Assembly: GCA_041476545.1 (NCBI GenBank)
Contig: JBGOTP010000002.1
Location: 1-54,599, forward strand
DNA length: 54,599 nt
Origin: Vicinamibacteria bacterium
GTDB lineage: Bacteria > Acidobacteriota > Vicinamibacteria > Vicinamibacterales > CAVVIG01
Direction: 5' to 3'
In this document: in pieces, positions 9,098 to 17,738 of the stretch
Numbering within the stretch: the stretch's first letter is position 1
Layout: each line of letters opens with the position of its first letter
The notes under the pieces: model-generated
Database searches by the model: none
What the model saw: the letters and a program-made list of their open reading frames with translations, nothing else
What the model was told of the DNA's origin: nothing
Program-made: the position numbers and the translations under genes

Positions 9098-10015
9098 ATG
9101 CTGACGTCGCCGCGGCGCCCGCTGCTCGTCCAGCTCGTCGTGACACGGCAGTGCAACCTCTCGTGCGGCTACTGCGACGAGTACGACAGCGTGTCGCCGC
9201 CGGTCGACGTGTCGCTTCTCGAGCGGCGCATCGATCACGCCGGAGCGCTCGGTACGGTCGTGCTGACGCTCACCGGCGGCGAACCGCTGCTGCACCCCCG
9301 GCTCGACGCGCTCATCGCGCGTGTGGTATCGCGCGGAATGGTTTGCACGCTCATTTCGAACGGCTACGCGCTCACGCGCGAATGGGTGCGACGGCTGAAC
9401 GACGCGGGTCTGACCGCATTGCAGATGTCGGTCGACAACATCGAACCAAACGGCTACTCGCAGAAGTCCTGGACGAACGTCCGCAAGAAGCTCGAACTGC
9501 TCAAGGAGCACGCCCGCTTCGGCGTCAACATCAACGCCGTGCTGGGGTCGTCGACCTTCGAACAGACGCAGGAAGTCGTTGCGGCCGTGCGCAAGATTGG
9601 CTTCTACATGACCGTGGGCCTCATGCACGACAAAAACGGCCAGATTGAGCCGGGCCTCCTTGGCGACCGGCTCGCGTCGACCTACGCCGAAATGCAGCGG
9701 GCGAGCCGCAAGAGCGTGTTCCACATGACCGGCGAAGGGTGGGAAGGCGACATGCTGCGCGACGGCTCGTCGCCGTTCAAGTGCCGCGCGGGCGGCCGAT
9801 ACCTGTATGTCGACGAGTTCGGCCTGGTGTCCTACTGCAGCCAACGCCGCGGCTCACCGGGCATCGATCTGCTCGACTACACGCCGGACGATGTCGAGCG
9901 TGGATTCTACACGCCGAAGGGGTGCGAGTCGCGCTGCACGATTGGCTGCGCGCGCCGCGCGTCCGCGTTCGACGAATGGCGAGCCCAGCCCGCGGTCGCG
10001 GGAGCGGCCGTCTGA
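9098..10015 (+). CDS. radical SAM protein (MoaA/PqqE-like fold, Cys-rich C-terminus)
   Basis: The start at MLTSPRR (ATG 9098) was chosen within ORF 9050..10015. Has the CxxxCxxC motif RQCNLSCGYCDE, LTGGEPLL, and C-terminal cysteines (FKCRAGG, SYCSQ, GCESRCTIGC). Confidence 0.85.
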   Translation: MLTSPRRPLLVQLVVTRQCNLSCGYCDEYDSVSPPVDVSLLERRIDHAGALGTVVLTLTGGEPLLHPRLDALIARVVSRGMVCTLISNGYALTREWVRRLNDAGLTALQMSVDNIEPNGYSQKSWTNVRKKLELLKEHARFGVNINAVLGSSTFEQTQEVVAAVRKIGFYMTVGLMHDKNGQIEPGLLGDRLASTYAEMQRASRKSVFHMTGEGWEGDMLRDGSSPFKCRAGGRYLYVDEFGLVSYCSQRRGSPGIDLLDYTPDDVERGFYTPKGCESRCTIGCARRASAFDEWRAQPAVAGAAV

Positions 10016-10024
10016 GCACGTGCA

Positions 10025-10048
10025 GGACGGACCTTATAAGGTCCGTCC
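10025..10048. repeat. perfect 24-nt palindrome GGACGGACCTTATAAGGTCCGTCC (REP-like, possible terminator)
   Basis: Read directly in the sequence. It lies 10 nt after the rSAM stop and has the same GGACC..GGTCC core as the copies at 13032-13118. Confidence 0.7.
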
Positions 10049-10080
10049 CGCCCGTGAGTCGCCATAGGGGCCGTCCTCCA

Positions 10081-12549
10081 GTGCATCACGTTTGTTCCAC
10101 CGCGCCCCTGGCCATTCTCCTCCTGCTCACAACGTGCCTCGCTCATCCAGCGGCCTCAATGGCGCAGCAGCGGCCCGCCGCCGCAACCGGCGCGATTCAA
10201 GGCGAGGTGACGACCCAGGGCAGCAGGATCACGCTCGGTGGCGTGCAGGTGCTGATCTTCACCGGGGCCACGCGCGTGGGCAACGTCAACACCGAAGGCG
10301 ATGGCACGTTCAAGGTCGAGAATCTCGCACCCGGCCCGTACCGCGTGACGGCGCTTCTCGACGGCTTCGAGCCGATTACGGCGACCGCCGTCGTGACGGC
10401 CGGGCAGGCGGTGACGTTGAAGTTCGATCTGCATCTCGCGGAAACCATCGAGGTGAGGGCTCAGATCAACGTCGTTCCGAGCACCGGCACGCTGAGCGCC
10501 GGCGACACTGTGAGCAGGGAAGAGCTCGAGCAGATTTCCCCAGGCGGCGGCGTGCAATCGGCGCTGCGGCTGCTCATCAGTGTGATCGAAGTGCCGGGTG
10601 GTGTCGCGATCAAAGGCGGGCGGCCGAGTCAGGCGAGCCAGCAGCTCGGTCCCGGCAATTTCGTCGACCCGGCGACCGGTCTCACGCAGGTTTCCCTTCC
10701 AGACGATGCGATTGATTCGGTGACGGTGCTGCCGAACCCCTACGCGGTAGAGTTCGGCCGCTTCTCATCCGGACTGGTGCTGATCCAGACCCGCCGCGGG
10801 GCCGACAAGTGGAAGATGCGGTTGAACAACCTGGAGCCGTCGCTGCGGACAAAGCGGGGGCAGCCGCTCAGTATTATCGGCGTCTCGTCGTTCTCGCCGC
10901 GGGCCGAGATCGGCGGTCCGCTCATCAAGGACAAGCTGTTCATTCAACACGCGGTGCAGTACCGCTATCGCACCAATGACGTGCCCAGCCGTCCGCAGGC
11001 CGAACTGCGCCGGTCGTACCGCTTCAGCTCGTTCACGCGCCTCGATGCCAACCTGTCCCCGCGGCACTCGCTCGTGGCGATTGGCGGGACGTTCCCGAGT
11101 AAGTCGACGCTCACGACGCTGGCCACCTTCACGCCTCCAGACGCAACGGTCGACACCAAGGGCCGCGTCGACACCATCGCCGTGACGGAGCGGTCGCTCC
11201 TGACCGACACGCATTTCCTGGAAACGACCGGCGAGATCAACGGCTATCACGGGCGCGTGCGGCCCCAGGGATCCGCGCCGATGGAGTTGCTGCCCGACAC
11301 CACACTCGGAAATTTCTTCAATCGTCAGGATCGGACGACCTCGACGTATCAGTTCGTGCAGACGCTGACCGGGACGCGCACGACGGGCAGTGGCCTGCAT
11401 ATGTACAAGGGCGGCATCGACCTGCTCCACAGCCGCTTCAGTGGGGCGAGCGAGAGCACGCCGGTGCTGATCCGCCGAATCAACGGCACCCTGGCCCGGC
11501 GTCTCGACTTCACAGCCGGCGGGGCCCAGGAGATCCGCAGCACCGATCTGGCCCTCTTTGCGCAGGATCGCTGGCAGCCGAATTCGCGCTGGTATACGGA
11601 GTTCGGCGGCCGGCTCGACCGGGATGGGGTGATTGACAATTTCAACGTCACGCCCCGCGTCGGGACGGCGGTGCTGCTGAACAAATCGGGTGCCGCCGTC
11701 ATCCGCGGCGGCTACGGCCTGTTCTACGAGCGAACGCCCTCGGCGGCGGGCGTGTTCGGGCAGTATGAGGCCGCGACGGAAACGCGATATCTGGCCGACG
11801 GGATCACGCCGATCGGGCCGCCGCGGTTCTTCCGGCACGTCACCGCCCCGGACCTCCGGACACCTCGTGGCGCGACCTGGGATCTCGCCTACGACCAGCG
11901 ATTCAACCGGCGATGGTCCGTGCACATCGGCGCGATCGATCGCCGTGGATCCCACGAGCTCATCGTGGACCCGGTCACCGGGCCGTCGGGGTCCCAGCTG
12001 CTGTTGAGCAGCGGCGGACGGTCGAAGTATCGGGAACTGGAAGCGGGCGTTCACTTCACGGGCGGACCGGGCGCCGATGTCAACGTGTCGTACGTCCGTT
12101 CGATCGCGCGCGCGGATCTGAACGCGTTCACCACGTTCTTCGATTCAGTGCTGGCGCCGGTCCTGGGCCCGAATGCGTACGGGCCCTCGCGATCGGATAC
12201 GCCCCACCGCGTGCTCGCGCGCGGTCGCGCGATGCCGACGCCCACGTGGTTGTTCGTCGGCGTCTTCGACTGGCGCGTGGGGGCGCCCTATTCGGTTGTC
12301 AACGAGTCGCTCGACTTTGTCGGCCCGCGCAACAGCGAGCGGTTTCCGCACTACTTCCGTGTCGATCTCGGCATCGAGCACCGGTTCAAGATCGGCAGGA
12401 ACAGGCCCTGGATTGGCGTGCGGGCCGACAACGTGTTCGACTCGTTTCTTCCGGCCGACGTGCAGGCCAACATCACATCGCCGGCGTTCCGCACGCTCTA
12501 CAATTCCGAATACCGCCAGTTCCGCATCCAGATTCGCTTCGAGCGCTGA
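10081..12549 (+). CDS. carboxypeptidase-regulatory-like domain / TonB-dependent-receptor-like outer-membrane protein
   Basis: A GTG start at 10081 gives the signal peptide VHHVCSTAPLAILLLLTTCLAHPAASMAQQ. The CarboxypepD_reg-like segment is GAIQGEVTT...GDGTFKVENLAPGPYRVTALLDGFEP. A long beta-rich C-terminal region ends in FRIQIRFER. Confidence 0.75.
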   Translation: MHHVCSTAPLAILLLLTTCLAHPAASMAQQRPAAATGAIQGEVTTQGSRITLGGVQVLIFTGATRVGNVNTEGDGTFKVENLAPGPYRVTALLDGFEPITATAVVTAGQAVTLKFDLHLAETIEVRAQINVVPSTGTLSAGDTVSREELEQISPGGGVQSALRLLISVIEVPGGVAIKGGRPSQASQQLGPGNFVDPATGLTQVSLPDDAIDSVTVLPNPYAVEFGRFSSGLVLIQTRRGADKWKMRLNNLEPSLRTKRGQPLSIIGVSSFSPRAEIGGPLIKDKLFIQHAVQYRYRTNDVPSRPQAELRRSYRFSSFTRLDANLSPRHSLVAIGGTFPSKSTLTTLATFTPPDATVDTKGRVDTIAVTERSLLTDTHFLETTGEINGYHGRVRPQGSAPMELLPDTTLGNFFNRQDRTTSTYQFVQTLTGTRTTGSGLHMYKGGIDLLHSRFSGASESTPVLIRRINGTLARRLDFTAGGAQEIRSTDLALFAQDRWQPNSRWYTEFGGRLDRDGVIDNFNVTPRVGTAVLLNKSGAAVIRGGYGLFYERTPSAAGVFGQYEAATETRYLADGITPIGPPRFFRHVTAPDLRTPRGATWDLAYDQRFNRRWSVHIGAIDRRGSHELIVDPVTGPSGSQLLLSSGGRSKYRELEAGVHFTGGPGADVNVSYVRSIARADLNAFTTFFDSVLAPVLGPNAYGPSRSDTPHRVLARGRAMPTPTWLFVGVFDWRVGAPYSVVNESLDFVGPRNSERFPHYFRVDLGIEHRFKIGRNRPWIGVRADNVFDSFLPADVQANITSPAFRTLYNSEYRQFRIQIRFER

Positions 12550-12611
12550 GCGGATCCCGATCACGGACCGGGAGAAGGCTCCTCGATGGTAGGCTGAGCA
12601 CGAACAAGAAG

Positions 12612-15600
12612 ATGTTCCGCCTCGTCACCTCGCCGTCGGCGTCCGCCCGGCTCGCCGCCGCTGCGCGATTTCTGCAGGCACGTCCCCCGTCAACCGAAGC
12701 GCTCATTGTCGGCGCGTCTCGCGGTGCCGCGGACGATCTGGCGCGGGCACTCGGACGACGACTCGGCGCGACGTTTGGTCTCTCGCGATTCAGCCTCACC
12801 GAGCTGGCCGCGCGTGTGGCAAGCACCGGGCTCGCAGGCGTTCATCACGCGCCCGCTGGACCGGCGGGCAGCGCGGCCGTCGCGGTCCGCGCGGTGTTCG
12901 ATGCCACGGCGGCCGGCGAACTTCGCTACTTCGCCCCGGTTGCGTCGATGCCCGGGTTCCCGAACGCGCTGGCCCGAACGCTGCACGAGCTTCGGCTTGC
13001 CGGGCTCACCAGTGAGCAGTTGATTGACCATGCCGGACCTAATAAGGTCCGGCCCGCAGGGATCGGCAGCCGGCCGGACCTGGGGATCGCTGGCGGGCCG
13101 GACCTGATCAGGTCCGGCATCACAGCAATTGCTGATATCGGACGGCTGTTGGCGAGGGTTGAAGAACAACTCGAGCGCGCCGGCGTGGACGATCGCGCCG
13201 CGTTGTTCCGGCTCGCATCCGAATCCTGCGCGGCAGGACCCACGCGTTGGACTGGTCTGCCGCTGCTCCTCCTGGATGTGGCGGCCGATTCCCGCGCCGA
13301 GATCGACTTCGTCGCGTCGCTCGTTCGACTCGCGCCCGACGTGCTGGCGACGATCCCGGACGGCGACGACCGCGTCCTGCGCGGACTCGCCGCCATCGGT
13401 GGCGTGGTGGAGGAGGCGGATGCGGGCGTGGCATCAGAGAGCGACCTCGCCCATCTGCGCCGCTACGTGTTCACGAGCGAACCGCCGCCCGTTCGGGAGC
13501 CGGCGGGAGACGTCCGCCTGTTCTCCGCACCCGGCGAAGGCCGCGAAGCGCTCGAAATCGTGCGTCGCGTCCTGAGCGAAGCCGGGCGCGGCGTCCCGTT
13601 CGACGAGATGGCGGTCTTCCTGAGAACGCCGCAGCAGTATCTCGGTCTCCTCGAACACGCCTGCGCGCGCGGGGGCGTGCCGGTGTATTTCGATCGCGGC
13701 ACGCGACGTCCGGACCCCGCCGGCCGCGCGTTGGTCGCGCTGCTGTCGTGCGCCGTGGAGGGACTGTCGGCGAAGCGCTTCGACGAGTATCTGTCGCTCG
13801 GCCAGGTGCCGCGGCTCGACCCGCGCGCGCCGGTGGCAGCCGTGTCGGTCACGCCTCGCGACGAAGTCTTCGCGGGATCGGGCAGGCCCGACCGCCCTGC
13901 GGACGACGGCCCGGAGACCGCGGTGCCTGACGCGCCAATCATCGACTCAGACGAGGATGCCATCGTCGCCGGCACGTTGCGATCACCCTGGAAGTGGGAG
14001 GAGCTCATCGTCGAGTCGGCGGTGGTGGGCGGGCGGACGCGACAGGACGGCCAGGGACGCTGGCGCCGCCGGCTGGATGGATTGTCGGCCGACTACCACT
14101 ACCGCCTTGAGGAGATGCGTCGCGAGGAACCCGAGTCGCCCCGCGCTGCGCGATTTGAGCGTGACCTCCGCAACCTGTCGCACCTGCGCGATTTCGCGCT
14201 GCCGATCGTCGACGCGCTCGCCGAATGGCCCGACCGGGCGACCTGGGGGGCATGGCTCGATCGCTTCTCCGCGCTGGCCTCCCGCGCGCTCGATCGGCCG
14301 ACGCGCGTGCTGCAGATGCTCGCGGACCTGCGGCCGATGGCGGACGTGGGACCGGTTGGGCTCGAAGAGGCGCGCGACGTGCTGCGCGATCGACTCGTCA
14401 CCCTGGACTGGGATCCGCCATCGCGGCGTTACGGGCGCCTCTTCGTCGGGACGCCCCATCAGGCGCGCGGCCGCGTCTTCCGTGTGGTCTTCGTGCCCGG
14501 GCTGGCCGAGCGCGTCGTCCCGCAGCGTCCGCGCGAAGATCCGCTGCTGCTCGACGAGGCCCGCCGGCACCTGGATGCGGCGCTCATGGATCAGGAGCAG
14601 CGGGGGAGCGCGGAGCGTCTGCTGCTCAAGATCGCGATCGGCGCCGCGGGCGAGCGGTTGTACCTCTCGTATCCGCGCATGGACGTCGCCGAGACGCGCG
14701 CGCGGGTGCCGTCGTTCTACGCGCTCGACGTCATGCGCGCGATCACGGGACGTGTGCCCGATCACCGTGTGCTGGCGGCCGACGCGGCGGAGGAAGCCGG
14801 AGCCACGCTCGCCTGGCCCGCGCCACGGGATCCCGATGACGCCATTGACGACCTCGAGCACGATCTCGCGGTGCTGAAGCCGCTGCTCGATTCTCACGAT
14901 CCGGCGGACAAGGGCCGGGCGCACTACATGCTCGATCTGAACGACACGCTCAAGCGATCCGTCACGGCTCGATGGCTGCGCGACAAGCCCAAGTGGTCGT
15001 CGAGCGACGGCATTGTCAAGGTCGCCCCAGCCATTGCGGGCGCCATTGATGCGCAGCGACTGGCGCACCGCCCGTACTCGCTGTCGGCGCTCCAGCGCTT
15101 CGCGACGTGTCCCTATCAGTTCCTGCTCGCCACGATCCATCGCCTCGAGCCATGGGACGAGCCGGAGCCGCTGTTGCGCATGGATCCGCTCACGCGTGGC
15201 AGCCTGTTTCACACGGTGCAGGCGGAGTTTCTTCGCGCCTTGAAGGATCAGCACGCCCTGCCGGTGGCGAGCGCGTCGATGCCGGAAGCCGCGCGGCTGC
15301 TCGACACCGTGCTCGTTCGCGTGGCTGCCGATTACGCTGAACGGCTGGTGCCGGCGATCGATCGTGTCTGGCGCGACGAGATTGCCGAAATCGGCCGCGA
15401 TCTTGCCATCTGGGTGCGCAAGATGGCCGACGAGACGGTCTGGTGCCCGGAGTACTTCGAGTTCAGTTTCGGACTGAACGACGAAGGGCGCGATCCGCGC
15501 AGCGTGAAGGAGGCTGTGCTCGTCGACGGGCGGTTCCTGCTGCGCGGTTCAGTGGATCTCATTGAAGAACGAGCGGATCGTTCGGACGTTCTGCGCGTCA

Positions 15601-15986
15601 CCGACCACAAGACGGGTAAGAACCGGTCGAAACCCGGCCTTATTGTCGACGGTGGCAAGGTGCTTCAGCCGGTCCTCTACAGTGCCGTGGTCGAACTGGC
15701 GCTACAGAAGAGCGTGAGCGAAGGGCGGCTGTTCTACTGCACAACCGCGGGCGGGTTTGCGGATCACAAGATCCCGCTCGACGACTACAGACGCGGTCAG
15801 GGTCTCGAGGTGCTCACGATCATCGATCGGGCGATTGAGCGCGGATTCCTGGTTGCCGCGCCCGCGGATGGCGCCTGTCGCTGGTGCGACTTCCGTGCGG
15901 TCTGCGGACCGCGCGAAGAGGAGCGACTCGAGCGGAAGAACAAGAACGAGCTCGCGGATCTGCAGGCGTTGAGATCGATGCGGTAG
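12612..15986 (+). CDS. addB: AddB-like PD-(D/E)XK nuclease subunit with Fe-S cysteines
   Basis: 1124 aa from ATG 12612, within the longer ORF 11913..15986. The C-terminal nuclease has VLRVTDHKTGK and LQPVLY. Four Cys are arranged as in AddB (FATCPYQF ... CRWCDFRAVC). Confidence 0.75.
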   Translation: MFRLVTSPSASARLAAAARFLQARPPSTEALIVGASRGAADDLARALGRRLGATFGLSRFSLTELAARVASTGLAGVHHAPAGPAGSAAVAVRAVFDATAAGELRYFAPVASMPGFPNALARTLHELRLAGLTSEQLIDHAGPNKVRPAGIGSRPDLGIAGGPDLIRSGITAIADIGRLLARVEEQLERAGVDDRAALFRLASESCAAGPTRWTGLPLLLLDVAADSRAEIDFVASLVRLAPDVLATIPDGDDRVLRGLAAIGGVVEEADAGVASESDLAHLRRYVFTSEPPPVREPAGDVRLFSAPGEGREALEIVRRVLSEAGRGVPFDEMAVFLRTPQQYLGLLEHACARGGVPVYFDRGTRRPDPAGRALVALLSCAVEGLSAKRFDEYLSLGQVPRLDPRAPVAAVSVTPRDEVFAGSGRPDRPADDGPETAVPDAPIIDSDEDAIVAGTLRSPWKWEELIVESAVVGGRTRQDGQGRWRRRLDGLSADYHYRLEEMRREEPESPRAARFERDLRNLSHLRDFALPIVDALAEWPDRATWGAWLDRFSALASRALDRPTRVLQMLADLRPMADVGPVGLEEARDVLRDRLVTLDWDPPSRRYGRLFVGTPHQARGRVFRVVFVPGLAERVVPQRPREDPLLLDEARRHLDAALMDQEQRGSAERLLLKIAIGAAGERLYLSYPRMDVAETRARVPSFYALDVMRAITGRVPDHRVLAADAAEEAGATLAWPAPRDPDDAIDDLEHDLAVLKPLLDSHDPADKGRAHYMLDLNDTLKRSVTARWLRDKPKWSSSDGIVKVAPAIAGAIDAQRLAHRPYSLSALQRFATCPYQFLLATIHRLEPWDEPEPLLRMDPLTRGSLFHTVQAEFLRALKDQHALPVASASMPEAARLLDTVLVRVAADYAERLVPAIDRVWRDEIAEIGRDLAIWVRKMADETVWCPEYFEFSFGLNDEGRDPRSVKEAVLVDGRFLLRGSVDLIEERADRSDVLRVTDHKTGKNRSKPGLIVDGGKVLQPVLYSAVVELALQKSVSEGRLFYCTTAGGFADHKIPLDDYRRGQGLEVLTIIDRAIERGFLVAAPADGACRWCDFRAVCGPREEERLERKNKNELADLQALRSMR
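13032..13118. repeat. cluster of GGACC..GGTCC palindromes inserted in-frame in addB-like gene
   Basis: GCCGGACCT-AATA-AGGTCCGGC at 13032-13053, a half-site GCCGGACCTGG at 13073-13083, and the perfect 22-nt palindrome GCCGGACCTGATCAGGTCCGGC at 13097-13118. Translated as GPNKVRPAGIGSRPDLGIAGGPDLIRSG. Confidence 0.75.
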
Positions 15987-16104
15987 GGTGTCAGCGAACG
16001 CCCTGCCGCGCACCCGCGTCACCGTGACCAACACCTGCGGGATCGCGCGGGGATGAACCCGTGGCGAAGCGTCGCTCCATGAATACGCTAGACTCCCTCG
16101 CAGC

Positions 16105-17709
16105 ATGACGGGCGCGCAGCGTCTCGCTCGGGTGGCCGTCGTCCTGGCGGTGGCAGCCATCGTCATCTTCGGTGTGACCCGGGGCCTCTTTGTCGCCGCC
16201 GCGGCGGATGCCTACGGATACGTGAGCCAGGCCGATCTCTGGGCCAGAGGCAGCCCGATCGTGCACCAGTCCTTTGCGCGCGAGATGACATGGCCCAACG
16301 CCGCCCAGACGCTGGCGCCGCTCGGCTACCGTCCGCGCACTGCTGATCCACGTGACACCGACATCGTGCCGACCTATTCGCCGGGACTGCCGATGCTGAT
16401 GGCGGTATTCAAGCTGGCCGGCGGGCCGCGGGCCGTGTTTCTCGTCGTGCCGCTCCTCGGCGGACTCGCCGTATGGGCCACCTATCTGATGGGGACACGC
16501 CTGGCCGGATCCCTGGTCGGCGCATCAGCCGCGATTCTCCTTGCCGCCAGCCCCACGTTTCTCTTCGAGGTCGTCTCGCCCACGAGCGATGTGCCGTGCA
16601 CCGCGTGGTGGGCGCTCGCGCTGGCGTGGCTCATGGTCGAGCGCCGATCGGCCGCGTTCGGCGCCGGCCTGGCCACGGGCCTGGCGATTCTGACCAGGCC
16701 GAATCTCGCGCCGCTCGCGGTGATTCCGGGCGCCGTGCTCGTGTGGCGCGCCGCAACCGAACGACTTCGCGGATCCGGTGGCTCTCTTCAGGCCACCCGG
16801 ATGCTGCTTTTCGCCGCCGGCTCCATTCCTGCCTGCATCGTTGTCGCGCTGATCAACCGGCGCTTGTACGGCGCGCCGTTCGCATCGGGGTATGGCCCGC
16901 TCGATGCTCTGTACAGCTGGTCGTACCTGTGGCCGAATCTTGCGCGCTATCCGCGCTGGATCGTCCAGACAGAGACGGTGGTCGTGCTCCTCGCGCTGGT
17001 CGCGCCGTTCGCGCTGCGAGCACACGCGTCGGCACCCGGCCGCGAAGGGTGGCCGCGCAGGCTTGCGATTGTCTGGTGGTGCTTCATTGCCGCAAACGTT
17101 CTGTCGTACATCTTCTATCTCCCGTTCGACGAGTGGTGGTACGTGCGGTTCCTGATGCCCGCGTATCCGCCGCTGCTCGTTCTGAGCTGCGCCGCGTTGT
17201 GGAGGCTGGTGTCGCCCCTCACGCGTCTGGCGATCGGCGCGAACGACCTCGCGGCGGCCACCGTCGTGGGGGCCGTCGCCTGGCACGGTGTGGCCTTTTC
17301 GACCGATCGCGGCGCGCAACTCCAGTGGATCGCCGAACAGCGCTACGCGACCGTCGGCAGATACATCGCTTCCACGCTTCCGGAACGCGCTGTCCTCATC
17401 TCCATGCAGCACAGCGGCGGGATCCGGTACTACTCGGGCCGGATCACGGTCCGGTACGACGTGATGCGGCAAACGGATCTTGATCTTGTGGTCGAGGAGT
17501 TACGGCGTCTCGGGTACTCGCCATATCTTGTGCTCGACGACTGGGAAGAGCCGCAATTCCGCCAGCGCTTCGAGGGACAGAGCGCGCTCGCCGGACTCGA
17601 TTGGATGCCGGTCGCCCGATTGGCTTCGGACCACGTGAGAATCTATGACACGGCCGACCGGCAGGCCGGCCGTCCGGATCGCCAGCGCATCCCGGAGACT
17701 ATTCCGTGA
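16105..17709 (+). CDS. polytopic membrane protein, GT-C-fold glycosyltransferase-like (GT39/ArnT-type)
   Basis: 534 aa with more than 10 hydrophobic segments. N-terminal loop AADAYGYVSQADLW, then TYSPGLPMLMAVF and ILTRPN, typical of PMT_2/ArnT-like enzymes. Confidence 0.6.
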   Translation: MTGAQRLARVAVVLAVAAIVIFGVTRGLFVAAAADAYGYVSQADLWARGSPIVHQSFAREMTWPNAAQTLAPLGYRPRTADPRDTDIVPTYSPGLPMLMAVFKLAGGPRAVFLVVPLLGGLAVWATYLMGTRLAGSLVGASAAILLAASPTFLFEVVSPTSDVPCTAWWALALAWLMVERRSAAFGAGLATGLAILTRPNLAPLAVIPGAVLVWRAATERLRGSGGSLQATRMLLFAAGSIPACIVVALINRRLYGAPFASGYGPLDALYSWSYLWPNLARYPRWIVQTETVVVLLALVAPFALRAHASAPGREGWPRRLAIVWWCFIAANVLSYIFYLPFDEWWYVRFLMPAYPPLLVLSCAALWRLVSPLTRLAIGANDLAAATVVGAVAWHGVAFSTDRGAQLQWIAEQRYATVGRYIASTLPERAVLISMQHSGGIRYYSGRITVRYDVMRQTDLDLVVEELRRLGYSPYLVLDDWEEPQFRQRFEGQSALAGLDWMPVARLASDHVRIYDTADRQAGRPDRQRIPETIP

Positions 17710-17738
17710 TTCGCCGTGACACGGAAGGAATCGAGATC

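Noticed and set aside
8981-9844. N-terminal 288 codons of the 699-aa ORF 7745..9844
   Set aside because: This part is antisense to the well-supported radical SAM gene (9098..10015) and has Arg/His/Val-rich shadow composition. Only the part from 8980 downward is kept.
9739-10080. 5' extension of the TonB-type receptor ORF (similarly 11913..12611 for the addB ORF and 29597..29788 for the addA ORF)
   Set aside because: The extensions overlap upstream genes or lack coding character. Internal starts give a signal peptide (10081) or canonical N-termini (12612, 29789).
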